Below are positions 52,901 to 64,000 of a DNA stretch of 64,000 nucleotides, piece after piece. Within the stretch, counting starts at the first letter, position 1, and each line of letters begins with the position of its first letter. The notes below the pieces were generated by a model. That model ran no database searches, was not told where the DNA came from, and worked only from the letters and a program-made list of their open reading frames with translations. A program made the translations under genes and the position numbers. Source of the DNA: Ginglymostoma cirratum (lineage: Eukaryota); the NCBI GenBank assembly GCA_024137785.1, contig JAHRHZ010000040.1, positions 3,662,189-3,726,188 of the forward strand, written 5' to 3'.

Positions 52901-53049
52901 GAAAATATGACTGGGGTGAGGTGCTGGTGATAAATTGCAGCCCCTGAAGCACTGATAGCTAGAGTAACCAGGGAAAAAAGGCAGATGATCAGACCAAACC
53001 ACCATCTCGAAGGCTGCAGCTTAGATATCCAGCGACTCACACCATGCAT

Positions 53050-54545
53050 GTCATGTTGGTGACATCCGGCCTGTTCCTCTACCGTTCAGTATGCCCCCAA
53101 AATTGCCACCTTGGCAGTTCGAGCCCCTTCTCATGCCAGCAAAAGAGTGGAGCTGGGGTTTTGAGCGGTGGGTCTCTGGAAACAGCAAGTTCTTTTCAAA
53201 GGTTGTGAGGTTTCCCATCTCGACTACTCTCCTCGGCAGTGCATTCCAGACCCCCACCACCCTCTGGGTATAAAGGTTTCCCTCCAATCTTCTCTAAATG
53301 TCCTGCCTTTCACTATAAAATTATTCCCCCTTGTATTGACCCTTCAACTAAGGAAAATGGCTGATTTCTAATCACACTGTCATAGACAGTCAGAGTCATA
53401 CAGAACTTTGGTCCAAATCATTCCAGCTGACCAGGTTTCCCAAACTAAACTAGTCCTATTTGCCTATGTTTGGACCAAATCCCTCTCAACATTTTGTATT
53501 CGTGTACCTGTCCAAGTCCAAATGGCTTTGAAATGTTGTAACTGTACTAGCTTCTACCATTTTCCTCTGGCAGCTTGTTCCATATAATCACCACCCTCTG
53601 GAAAAGTTGCCTCCCAGGCCCTTTTTAAATCTTTCCCCTCACCTTAGTTTTGAATTCCCCTACTCGATGGAAAAGCCCTTTTGTTATTCACCTTACCCAT
53701 GCCTCTTATGATTTTAGAAACCTCTAAGTTTACCCCTCAATCCACGCTGTGAAGGGTCGAAAAGTCCCAGCCTATCCAATCTCTGCTCATAACTCAAACC
53801 CTCCAGTCCCAGTAAATCCTTGTGCACTTTTTCTGAACCCTCTCCAGTTTAATAATGTCCTTTCAAAGGCAGAGTGACCAGAACTGTATATAGAACTTCA
53901 AAAGTGGTGTCACCAATATTCTGTACAGCCACAGCGTGACATCCCAACTCCTGTACTCCATGCACTGATCAATGAAGGCAACTGTAGAAAATTCCACCTT
54001 CACTACCCTGTCTACCTGTGATGCCACTTTAAAGGAGCTATGTACCTGCACCCCAGGTGTTTCTGTTCAACACCACTTCCCAGTGCCTTACCACATACAC
54101 TAACTCACATTTACCTAAATTAAACTCCATCAGCTACTCCTTGACCCATTGATCTAACTGATCAAGGTCCTGTCACACTGAAATAATTTTTGTCACTGTC
54201 CGCTACACCACATGTTTAGTGTAATCCTCAAACTTACTAACCATGATTCCTATATTCTCCTCTAACTCATTTATGTAAGTGATCAACAGTGGACCAGCAC
54301 TGATCAGGGAAGTCACATTGAGACTGTACAGAACTTGGGTTAGGTTACAGCTGGAGTATTGCCTGCAGTTCTGGTCACCACACTATACGAATAATGTGAC
54401 TGCACAGGAAGGAGTGCAGAGGAGGTTGGCAAGGATGTTGCCTGAGATGGAGCATTTCAGCTGTGAAGAGTGTCTGGGTGAGCTTAGGTTATTTTCTTTG
54501 GAGCAGAAAAGGCTGAGCAGGGACTTGAAAGAGGTGTATAAAGTT
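53050..54545 (-). mobile_element. Cluster of CR1 fragments (two minus, one plus at ~54305-54545)
   Basis: ORF track: TQRVVGVWNALP, LWLYRILVTPLL, LRLYRTWVRLQLEYCLQFWSP. Confidence 0.85.
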
Positions 54546-57181
54546 GAGCTAAACTGCACCATTCACTGCAATAAAGTTCACATAGTCAAATAAAATCAGG
54601 CAGTTCCAGAAGTCAGAAGCCTGATTTAGAACAAATGGAGCAAGCAAAAACACTTCAAAATTTAAAGTTGTAGCATTGCCTTTGCCTACCTCTTCTGTTT
54701 ATGCAATCCGTTTGGTACATGCATCATTCAGAGGCTGATCTCCCATTTGCCTAACTGTCAGTTTCAAGCATGTGGCCATGTAATGAATTGGGAGGGATCC
54801 GGTTTATTTCCATCTTTAAGGCCAACATATTGCAGAATTGCAAAATAATATTATGATGGAGTAGAACTGCAGCTGGATATCTTGTGGCCATTTTTATTTA
54901 ACCTGTTCCAGCAGGATAGGATGCACCACTGAAACAAATTACATTTGAACCTGGATCTTCTGGCCCAGAGGTGGGGGCACTACCACAGGACCAAGAGCTA
55001 TTTGTTATATTGTTGAGCTTCTTATTAATTTTGATCAAGAGTCACTAGATACTGATGGTCTTGCAGATACTTTCCTAATCAGCTTGTTCAAAAATGTTAT
55101 TACACACCTCTGGAGCAGGTGGGACTTGAAAGCTGGCCTATTGGCTCAGAGGTAGGAACTCATGTTGTTAATGTGATGAAGTGATTTGATACATTAATAG
55201 TACGTTAGCAGCCCCTTGAAGTAATTTATTGCATCTGGTTATCAGTGCTGATGTGTGAGAGTTGTGCAATGTTTTAACTTTGTTTTTGAGTTTATCATCG
55301 TGTTGTAATTTATGTTGGTTAACATATTCCAGGTTTAGTAAAATAATTGACATTTAAAATAAACGTCTTGTTTGTTTTTTCTTTCCCTCCCTTGGGCTAA
55401 GCTAATTTGTTTTTGCCATAGCATCAAGATAGGGGGAATGATGTAATCAATTCCTTCAAGTTGGTGCTGTTTCATGTAGTTGAATCAGTTGGGACTAAGA
55501 AATAGCGTGAATATTAGCAGTTTTCAGTTATGTGAACTTTTGGGCCTTTTGTATAGTCAGATTCTCAAGTGTTGCCACGTGAAGAGTTCTGGTAGCTGCA
55601 ATCCATCTTCTATTGATCAAAGGAAAACCACGGGGTTTTCAAGCGTGTGATTAAATACTAACCTCTAAAACTCTTCAGTCTTAACGTTCAAGCCGTATTA
55701 ATTTAGTGAAAGCTTGCTCGCTGACCTGTCGTCAAGAGATCAACCATCTGTAAGGGCAGCTTAGTTCACTCCAAACTCTAAGGTCGTCTTTTTAGAATTT
55801 AACTCTGTATTTTAGCTAATGGTTTTGGTCCATTCAGGATTACAATAGGGGCTGTTCTTAAATCAATTAAGTGTTCTGCAGACAGACAAATAAAAGTTTG
55901 ATATTGGTATTGCCCTAAGTCATTAATGATTCGTTTTTAAGACCATGAAATGGAGTATTAAAGCCCATTTGTGTTTTTAAACTCAAGTAAGCTGCACCCT
56001 AGAGCTTTTTATTAAGAACACTTTTTTGATAGCTTTTTGGTAACATCAGTGTTTGCTTTTTCTGATGTCATTGTTCGTGGTTTTTGTTTTTTTTTTCAGG
56101 TTTTTAGTTCTCCCCAGCTCTTGTAACCTAATCGCAAACATTGAGTCATGAATTTGATTTTACTTTCTAAATAAAAAACATTTATGCAGTGTTTTCTTAA
56201 TGTTATGACCTTGCAAAATCATTTTGCACAATGATTATTTTGTAGAACAGTCTTAGATCTATAAATTGTTCTTTTTTTTTCCACCTTAATTTGTGAAGTG
56301 ATTGGCTTTAATGTTAAAATTTGGTTAACCTGATTTCTTTTGAGTTAAAGCTACTGGGACGTAACATTATGAAGTCTCTGGTTCTGTGGTCAAGAAGCAG
56401 TGCGAAGTATGTGGCATGCTGCAGCATGTTACTTTGCCTTAGATGTTCATCCAAAGTAGTAGAAATCTAGATTATTAGAAATCTACAATGTAGAAATCTC
56501 ATCAGTTCAGTGATACCAACTGATTTAGGGTTTTAGGGTTGTATTCCTTCTGGCAATGGTATAATTTCGAAATTATATCTGTACCACAGTCTTTTTTTAT
56601 AAAAAAAAACTCATCTGACGAGGACAATTAACCTATAATCCTTGAGCATGTGATTCTGATTTTGAATGAGTTCTGAAGGGCTAGTGAGTTTAACACGATT
56701 TGCCTGATATTACTTGATCTGCAGAGAACTGCTCTTTTCATAGGTGTAAGTCAGAAACTGAAAGTATTTCTTTTCCTCCGGCTTTAATTTAGCATCGCTC
56801 AGTGTTGGGTTGCAGATATTCTATGGAAAGCTTGTCCCTCTGTATGTTATAGTTTTAAATTATGCAAAATATTACAATATCTTACTGTACATTTTGGAAA
56901 ATATTGGGTCAGTTGAAGAATGAAATGGCATCTGTAAATTTCCATAATTTTGAATTTAGTGACAAAGTAAACAAACAAAAAGTAATGATTGCATTTAATT
57001 CAAAAACACACCATGGATTGAAGCTGAGAATGATGTCCATCATAGCCTAAAGGATAAGTCCTTCTCCTCTTCCCATGCAGAATCGTCGTAAAATCGTAGG
57101 ATATTTGCGGCACAGAACTTTGGTCTACTTGATCCATCATGTCTGTGCCAAGTAGGTAAAAAAAGCCACGCAGCTCATTTC

Positions 57182-58530
57182 TGCCAAGTCAAAGGAGTGG
57201 TTTTGGGCATCCACATGGGTCCCAGTTATGCCTGCCTCTTTATGGAGTATGTTGAACAATCCTTGTTCAAGTCCGACACTGGCCCCTTCCCACAACTTTC
57301 GGTAAGTGGGCTGTTTTAGTGCTGCTTCATGCTCCCACCTGCACCTAGAACAACTTGTTCATTTTGTCTCCAATTGCCATCCCTCTAACTTTCACATCAC
57401 CCATTTCTGACACTTCCCTTCCTTTCCTTGACCTTCTGTCTCCATTTTGGGGAATAATCTGTCCACTGCCATCCAATTCAAAGTTACTGACTCCCATAGC
57501 TACCATCACTACAGTTTTTCACATCCCACGTCCTGCAAGAACTCCATCCCATTCTCCCAGTTCCTTCGCCTATGTTGCATCTGTTCAGATGATGCCACCT
57601 TCCAAAACAGTGCTGCTGACCTGGCTTCTTCCTTCCATAACTCTGGTTTCCCACTCACACCGGTTGACAGGGTCCTCACCTGCATTCGACCTAACACCCC
57701 GTGCTTCCGCCCTTGCCCCTTTCCATCATTCTCAACAGTGAGATTGGGTCCCCCTTGTTCTCACTTTTTTCATCCCACCAGCCTCTGCATTCAAGGGATC
57801 ATTCTCTCCCATTTCAGACACCTCCAGAATGCCACCACCAAACACTACTTCCCCTTACTACCCCATCTGCCTTTTGCAGGGATCATTCCTTCTGGGACAC
57901 CCTAGTCCATTCCTTGACCACAAACCCCACTGCCCTCCCCCTTTCCCACAGCACCTTTCTATGTAACAGCAGAAGGTGCAACACGTGCCCCATCACCTCC
58001 CAGCTTGTCGTCCAAGGGCCTAAACAGTCTTTCCAGGTGAAGTAGCATTTCACCTGCACCTCTCCAATCTTGTGTACCAAACACACGGTGGGTGACAGCT
58101 TGTGGTCTGTGCACAAGTGTGGCCCTGACCTTCCTGTAGCTGGTCATTTTAACACAGTGACCTGCTCACATGCACACTTGTCTGTCCTCAGCATGCTGCA
58201 ATGCTCCAGTGAATCACAGGCCAAATTGGAGGAGCAACATCTCCTTAGATGAGGCACGTTATAACCTTCTGGGCTCAATATTGAGTTCAACACCTTCAAC
58301 TTGTGAACCCATTCCTTCCCTTTTTTTAGCTTTCATTGGTGACAGAGAATGTAATGTACCCTTTCTCCCCACCCTCCACCCCAGCTGGACTGTCTGTCCT
58401 GGCAGTTAGACAAATCATTGTTCTCACACTTCACTTCAGCCCTAAAGAAGAGTCATCTAGACGCGAATGTTAGTTTGCTGTCTCTCCATGGATGCTGCCT
58501 GACCCACTGTGATCTCCAGCATTTTTTTTG
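57182..58530 (+). mobile_element. Penelope-like element (RT plus GIY-YIG remnant plus terminal repeat), decayed
   Basis: QVKGVVLGIHMGPSYACLFMEYVEQSLF (57185), LPFLDL, SHPTSCKNSIPFSQFLRL, CNSRRCNTC. The GIY-YIG core appears deleted after SNLVY. Degenerate hammerhead-like tail at ~58440-58475. Confidence 0.9.
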
Positions 58531-58707
58531 TTTCCACCCAGCCTCATCCCATTTTCCAGGATTTTGTCCGTTCTAGTCCTGTGGGTTAAGGCATGTGAGG
58601 CACACATTCGGTTACCTTTTATAAATTAATTGAGGCTTTCTGAATCTGTTTACGTTTTCAGGCCAGGCAAGGAGTTCCAGACACCCCTCCCGAACACCCC
58701 AAATATG

Positions 58708-59135
58708 CTGAAAGCTGCCTTCTGTCTTTTGTTGTATGGTTTCTGTTGCCACCTTCAGGTGGACACTGAAGTAACATTGGAACAATTTCGTTGTCACTCA
58801 AGTTTAAACAAGGTGGTCAGTGAACCTGAGATAACATGGTGTAGAGCTGGATGAACACAGCAGGCCAAGTAGGTCAGTGAACCTGGCTTTTTTCAATTCA
58901 TCAGTATTACTTTATTTGTCCATTTGGCCAGTGGCAGACTTCAGACCTGGCCTGAGATATTGCACTACATCCACGCAAACAAAGTATAGCGGGGGATAGA
59001 TCTCCACAACAATCAAGAGTGGAATGCCTGTTCGATGTCTCATTGCTCGATGGGAGAAGAATTATGTTTACTGTGAATGAAGGATTGAACAAAGAATTTT
59101 ACTAGTTTGTGTACTATCTTTATGACTTGAATGAA
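58708..59135 (+). repeat. Unclassified dispersed repeat, copy 2
   Basis: Colinear with 10356-10820; identical block at 58999-59047. Confidence 0.9.
58829..58871 (-). mobile_element. 43-bp fragment of the same short repeat
   Basis: 14-bp TSD GGTCAGTGAACCTG (58815-28, 58872-85); reverse complement of TTGGCCTGCTGTGTTCATCCAGCTCTACACC. Confidence 0.85.
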
Positions 59136-59139
59136 AAAG

Positions 59140-59825
59140 TGTTAAATCGCTAAATAAGAAGGCCCTTCCCAACCATCCACTCTACCTTGCTCCCCCACGA
59201 TGTTATAAATCTCAATTACATCTTGTTAAGTCTCCTCTGCTCCAAGGAAAACAACCCCACATCTATCCAGTGTTGCCTCATTGTTGCATTTTCTCAGTTC
59301 TGGTAACACTTTCCTGGTAACCGTGTTACAAATAAGCTATGAACATATATTGGAGAAGGTGCAGAGAAGATTTGTAAGGTTGATTTTGTGATTAATGGGT
59401 ACACATCAGGGCAGAATTAAAAAACTTCTGTTTTTATTCTTTTGAAACAAAGACTGAGGAGTGACCTAATTGAAGCTTTTAAGTTTGATAGGTTTTGATA
59501 GTGAATACAGAAAGAATGTTTTCATTCCTTGGGAAGAGCATAACTAGAGGCCATTGATTAAAAAAGAATTGCCACACATCCAAGAAAATATTCGAATGAA
59601 ACCTAATGCAAAAGAACTGCGAGAATGTGGAACTCACTGATAGGGAATGCTTGCAGTGAATGGTACAAATGCATTTAAAGGGAAGTTAGACAAATGTGAG
59701 ACAGAAGGAAATAACTGGTTATTGATGACTAATTTAGATGAGGAAAGATGGGAGGAGGCACAGAAAACAGAAAATGGCATAGTCTGGTTCTGCCAAATGG
59801 GCCTGTTTCTGGGTCAAAAATGGTG
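59140..59825. mobile_element. CR1 fragments (minus then plus)
   Basis: LEKVQRRF, RLRSDLIEAF, NAFKGKLD motifs. Confidence 0.7.
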
Positions 59826-60052
59826 CAATCTTGTCGAAATCCGCTTTGCCTTGTGGTCACCTCCAGGGTGGAGTAAAGCAGAACTGCATCAGCGAGAGTG
59901 GCTGTAACAGGAAAGCAGCATTGCATCACCAGTACTGTTTTAGAAGCTGTGTGGTGAATGGCACTGTGAACCTTATCTACTTCAAATGCAGTATCTCTCG
60001 CTATCTTGTAATAAAATCTGCCAATCTTGGTAGAGTGAGCATGCCTAATCCT

Positions 60053-60177
60053 TTCTGAAGGGTCTCGGCCCGAAACGTCAGCCTTCCTGCTCCTCTGACG
60101 CTGCTTGGCCTGCTGTGTTCATCCAGCTCTACACCTTGTTATCTCAGATTCTCCAGCATCGGCAGTCCCCATTATCT
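60053..60177 (+). mobile_element. Short Penelope terminal-repeat insertion
   Basis: 13-bp TSD CATGCC(T/C)AATCCT (60040-52, 60178-90); CTGAAGGGTCTCGGCCCGAAACGTC (core lacks one TGA). Confidence 0.85.
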
Positions 60178-63100
60178 CATGCCCAATCCTCAGTTGGCCG
60201 CGATAGTGGATTGTGAGGGATGTTTTCTGTTGTGGGCCATGGGCATGCAATTCAAAGAGAAGTGAATTGGAAAGAATTCACAGCTGAGTCAAGAAATTTG
60301 TTCTCATTTTGTCCTAAATATCTGACCCCTACCCTGAAACTACAACTCCTGTTTCTGTTGGTATTCTCCAGGTAATAGTCTTTTGGCATCCAGTTTGTCA
60401 AGTCCTTTTGACAACTTTGTTTCACTGATCACCTCGTGCACCTAAACCCAATAGTACCTCAGACCATTCTAATTAATCTCTCCTCGTAGGACAGCCCTAT
60501 CATCCTAGTGATTAATCTAGTGAATTTTTGTTCACGCCTACTGTAAAGCAGTTAGATAATTCTGGGAATACTGCACAACCCTTCAGAGGTTGACACATCA
60601 GAGAAGCCCAGCAAACTGTTTTGCAATGTTTTATGGCCTGTCAATCCAAAAAGTCTGTTAATTCTTGCTAATTTTTCAGTCCTTTAATCGATCCTCAGCC
60701 CAATCTAACGTATCTTGGGCTAATATTACCACTATCCGTGAGATTTAATATTGTGTAACAGTCTTGTTTTTATACCACCTGATGGTATAGCCTTTCAGAG
60801 ATCCAAATACGCTACATTCACTGCTTCATCCTTCACGACAATGCTCGTTACGCCCACAAATTTAAAATAAATCTATATAATGTGACCTCCCCTTTCATAA
60901 AACTGCGTTGCCTCTTATGTTCCCCAAGTACCTTTATAGTATTGCCCCTTGTACTGAAGTCAAGCTCAGCTTAAACTTCTGCTTTCTACACGTCCCTCTC
61001 ACCCTATACTGATGTTTGAAGTGTCTGAAGATGTGCCATTTTCTTAAATAGTAGTTCTGTTTAAAGCAAGTGATTGTTGCTGGGGTAATTGACTTATGAT
61101 TACGAAATGTGCTAATTGCGTCATGTTTCTGAATATTAGTGCAACTACTGTTCATTGTATCTAGGAGAGTTATAAAGCATTGGCCTAGATTCTTTGTGTC
61201 CTATTACCTGTACACTGGTTCCTTATTTCTACAATTTGCTGCTGAATGTCAGGTTTTTGAGTTCAACGGTAGTTTTCAGATGTTTTCATGAGATGGGTGG
61301 AGACTTTCGATGGTGCCTCATTAAAAGAACATGGGGAAATTTTTGTAGTGGAGTTTTCTTATGTGGATTGATGTAGCAACTTTTGTACGTTGCAAATCAA
61401 AACATGAAAACTGGCATTTTTGTCAGTTTTTATTTCGAGTGACTCACTTAATCTTTCCTTTTGTAATGTAAAGAAAATTATAATCCTCTTGAAGCATACA
61501 TGTTTCAATCAGTTCTTTCACTTGTTTTGAGATTTTGTGCACTAATTGATTTACATAGTTAAATCTCATGTTATTTTAATCTAAGTAATTATACAACTTT
61601 AGGTAAAAATAAACTTGTACAAATTAGAAAAGTCAGAAAAAGAGCAGCCAGCCCAAAACAGCTGAAGAGATATTTGCATAAATTTTTGCCTGACTGTTTT
61701 TGTTAAAATACATAGCACGTCAAACAGAAACATTAGAACAGTTACGGACCTGGCATATAATGCATTTAAGGAATGATGCCATCTGCCAAAGTAGACCCAG
61801 ACTTCCTCAATCCCTCAAATCTACATAATTATCTTCCTTGCCATTGTGTGCCTCTTTAGCTATGTGAATTAGATGCAAGTATGGCAGCTTATGTGCATAT
61901 TCTAGATCACATACATAGTCATAGAAAATAGGAACAGGAGTAGGCCATTCGTCCCTTGGGCCTGCTCCATCATTCAATATGATTGTGGCAGATCATCCAA
62001 TTTCGTATCCTGATCCTGCTTGCTTTCTTTGATCCCTTTTGGCTGAAGGGCTATGTCTGACTTCTCAAACATTCTATGTTTTGGCCTCAATCGCTTTCTG
62101 TGGTAGAGAATTCCACAAGCTCACCACTATGAATGAAGAAATTTTTTTCTCATCTCAGCCCTAAATGGCATTCCTCATCTTAGGGTAGATTGCACAAATA
62201 GTAAGTGAGATGACTAACTAATGATTCAAGTGAATTTGGTAATTCATTGCACTGAAATGTATGAATGGATTCCATTGTCTCAAACTCTTGTGATATGCAA
62301 AAAATACAATTTTCAGACACCCTGGCAAGGATTTAGCTGCCAAGTTGGGGAATGGAGGCCAGCATAAGCATGGGTGTTTGAAGCCCTGAAAAGTGCCTGT
62401 TTCTGCCCACTTCAGAAGGTGACCATGAAGTGGGCAGGAAACAACCCGTGGAGCAGTCAGGTAAGCGACTAAAATAATCAATAGATGATTAACTGAGGCT
62501 TTCATGGTCATTGCAGGTGTTTGGCAAGTATTAGAAAGAGTCACACTATCTCACTGCGAGAATGCATCTTCTGTAAAGCATACAGGTTGGATACATTATA
62601 AGAGGGAACTGAATTGTTCTAGCTCCGTCTTGGTGTGAGGCTACTGCTGTCATGCTCGAAATGGCACATGAAGTGCTGTACCCTTGCCTGTCATGCCTTG
62701 TTGAACTTCTTGAACATCTTGGGACACTACTTCCCAGTCTGAGAGACCAAGCTTCTTGCAGCTCGCATCCATCCACGCCTGATTTCATTTAAGGGCTTTG
62801 GTTCTTCCTTCAGTCCTTGACACGCACCACTTCACTTTTCACTTTTTGTCCTTCAAATCACTGCAGTGGGACTCCGAAGCATGAGGCAGCTTACCAAGAT
62901 CTCCTTTCCATCCCCGTACTGTTGAAGGCCCAAGAAGCTATTCAGCCATTCAGACCCCTGCTGAAGTCCCTTCAATTAATTCATTAAATCTATTATGATG
63001 GATGTTCTGCAACATCCCATCTACCCTCTGTGTGATTAGTCTGGCAACCCACAAGTGTGATCTTCCTGCTGTAGTCTGCAGTTGAAGTACTGCAATAATG

Positions 63101-63229
63101 TCCACTCCAGTTACCAATGGTTTCCTGAGCCACAGCTGGCCCCAAGCTTTGTATCAGCCTCTTTTAAGATTCCTTTGCCTGCTTACTATGTTTGTATTAT
63201 TTTACTGAGCATGTTTGTTGTGGATTTCA

Positions 63230-63870
63230 TCCCTGTATGCTCAATTTAACTACATCTTCCTTGAGGTGTTTATCATTACTCTCAAATTCCTCCTCTGTCA
63301 AATATTTGCTTTATTGCAGTCACGTGTACCTAAGTACAGTGAAAGCTTTGTTTGCGAGCAGCACAGGTGGATCATAGTAAGCAAGGACATTCAGATCAAG
63401 GGTCCTGACCCGAAACATCCACTTTCTTGCTCCTCTGCTGCCTGGCCTGCTGTGCACCTCCAGCTCCACACTTATCTTGGACTCTAGTATCGCCAGTTCT
63501 TACAATCCCATTCAGATCATAGGGTGCTGAGTGAAGTATATAGGTGACACTACCAGGAGGTGCATGACATGAGATCAACATTATTTGAAGTTAGAGAATC
63601 TATTCAGCAGTCTAGGAAGGGAAGAAGCTGTTCTTGAACCTGTTGGTGTATGTGTTCAAGCTTCTGCCTCTCAGAAGAAGTTGTAGGAGACCATTACCAG
63701 TGTTTGCAGAGGGGCGGGGGGACACGGTCTTTGATTTTGGAAGCTTTTCTGCAGTAATGAGAAGTATAAATGGAGTCCATGGCTGAAAGATTGGCTTCTG
63801 TGATGGTCTGGGCTGTGCACACCACTTTCTGCAGTTTCTTAGGATCCACAGTAGCACAATAAGTGGAACC
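63230..63870 (-). mobile_element. Rex1/Babar-like LINE 3' end (another fragment at ~21170-21500)
   Basis: KKLQKVVCTAQTITEANL..MDSIYT, TNRFKNSFFPS; FLKVTITN in the 21.4-kb copy. Confidence 0.7.
63399..63508 (+). mobile_element. Short Penelope terminal-repeat insertion nested in an older LINE tail
   Basis: 11-bp TSD CATTCAGATCA (63388-98, 63509-19); AGGGTCCTGACCCGAAACATC. Confidence 0.8.
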
Positions 63871-64000
63871 TTTGTCCAAAAACAACTTACAACAACTGCA
63901 ACAGGACCTGAAGCACTCTGAATGCTTCTTACTGCAGTTCAGTGAATCCATGTGACTGAAGCAGTCCGGCTGTTTTTGCATGCGTGCTTTTTAAGGACGT

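Noticed and set aside
56616-56650. CTGACGAG as a hammerhead core
   Set aside because: No stem II closing onto GAAA downstream.

Overview
Eukaryotic, repeat-rich genomic DNA, almost certainly from an elasmobranch (HE1-type V-SINEs, abundant CR1 LINE debris). The backbone is a plus-strand NADP-dependent malic enzyme gene, most like ME1. Four internal coding exons (6429-6562, 12179-12328, 43866-43941, 45699-45860) have canonical AG/GT ends and splice in frame; the first and later exons lie outside the window. Most ORFs in the supplied track are transposon fragments or noise. Less expected content: (1) a chain of minus-strand exon-like units inside the 31.5-kb intron that splice phase-compatibly into a stop-riddled protein with a P-x-x-W...WHMVFHGT motif resembling NEURL4/PARP-type ADP-ribosyltransferases, suggesting a decayed nested gene; (2) short TSD-flanked Penelope-like terminal-repeat insertions carrying minimal hammerhead-ribozyme cores; (3) fossil hAT and Harbinger transposases; (4) an unclassified repeat of about 350-400 bp present twice, 48 kb apart. 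All translations were done by eye, no database search was possible, and repeat boundaries are approximate unless a TSD is given.
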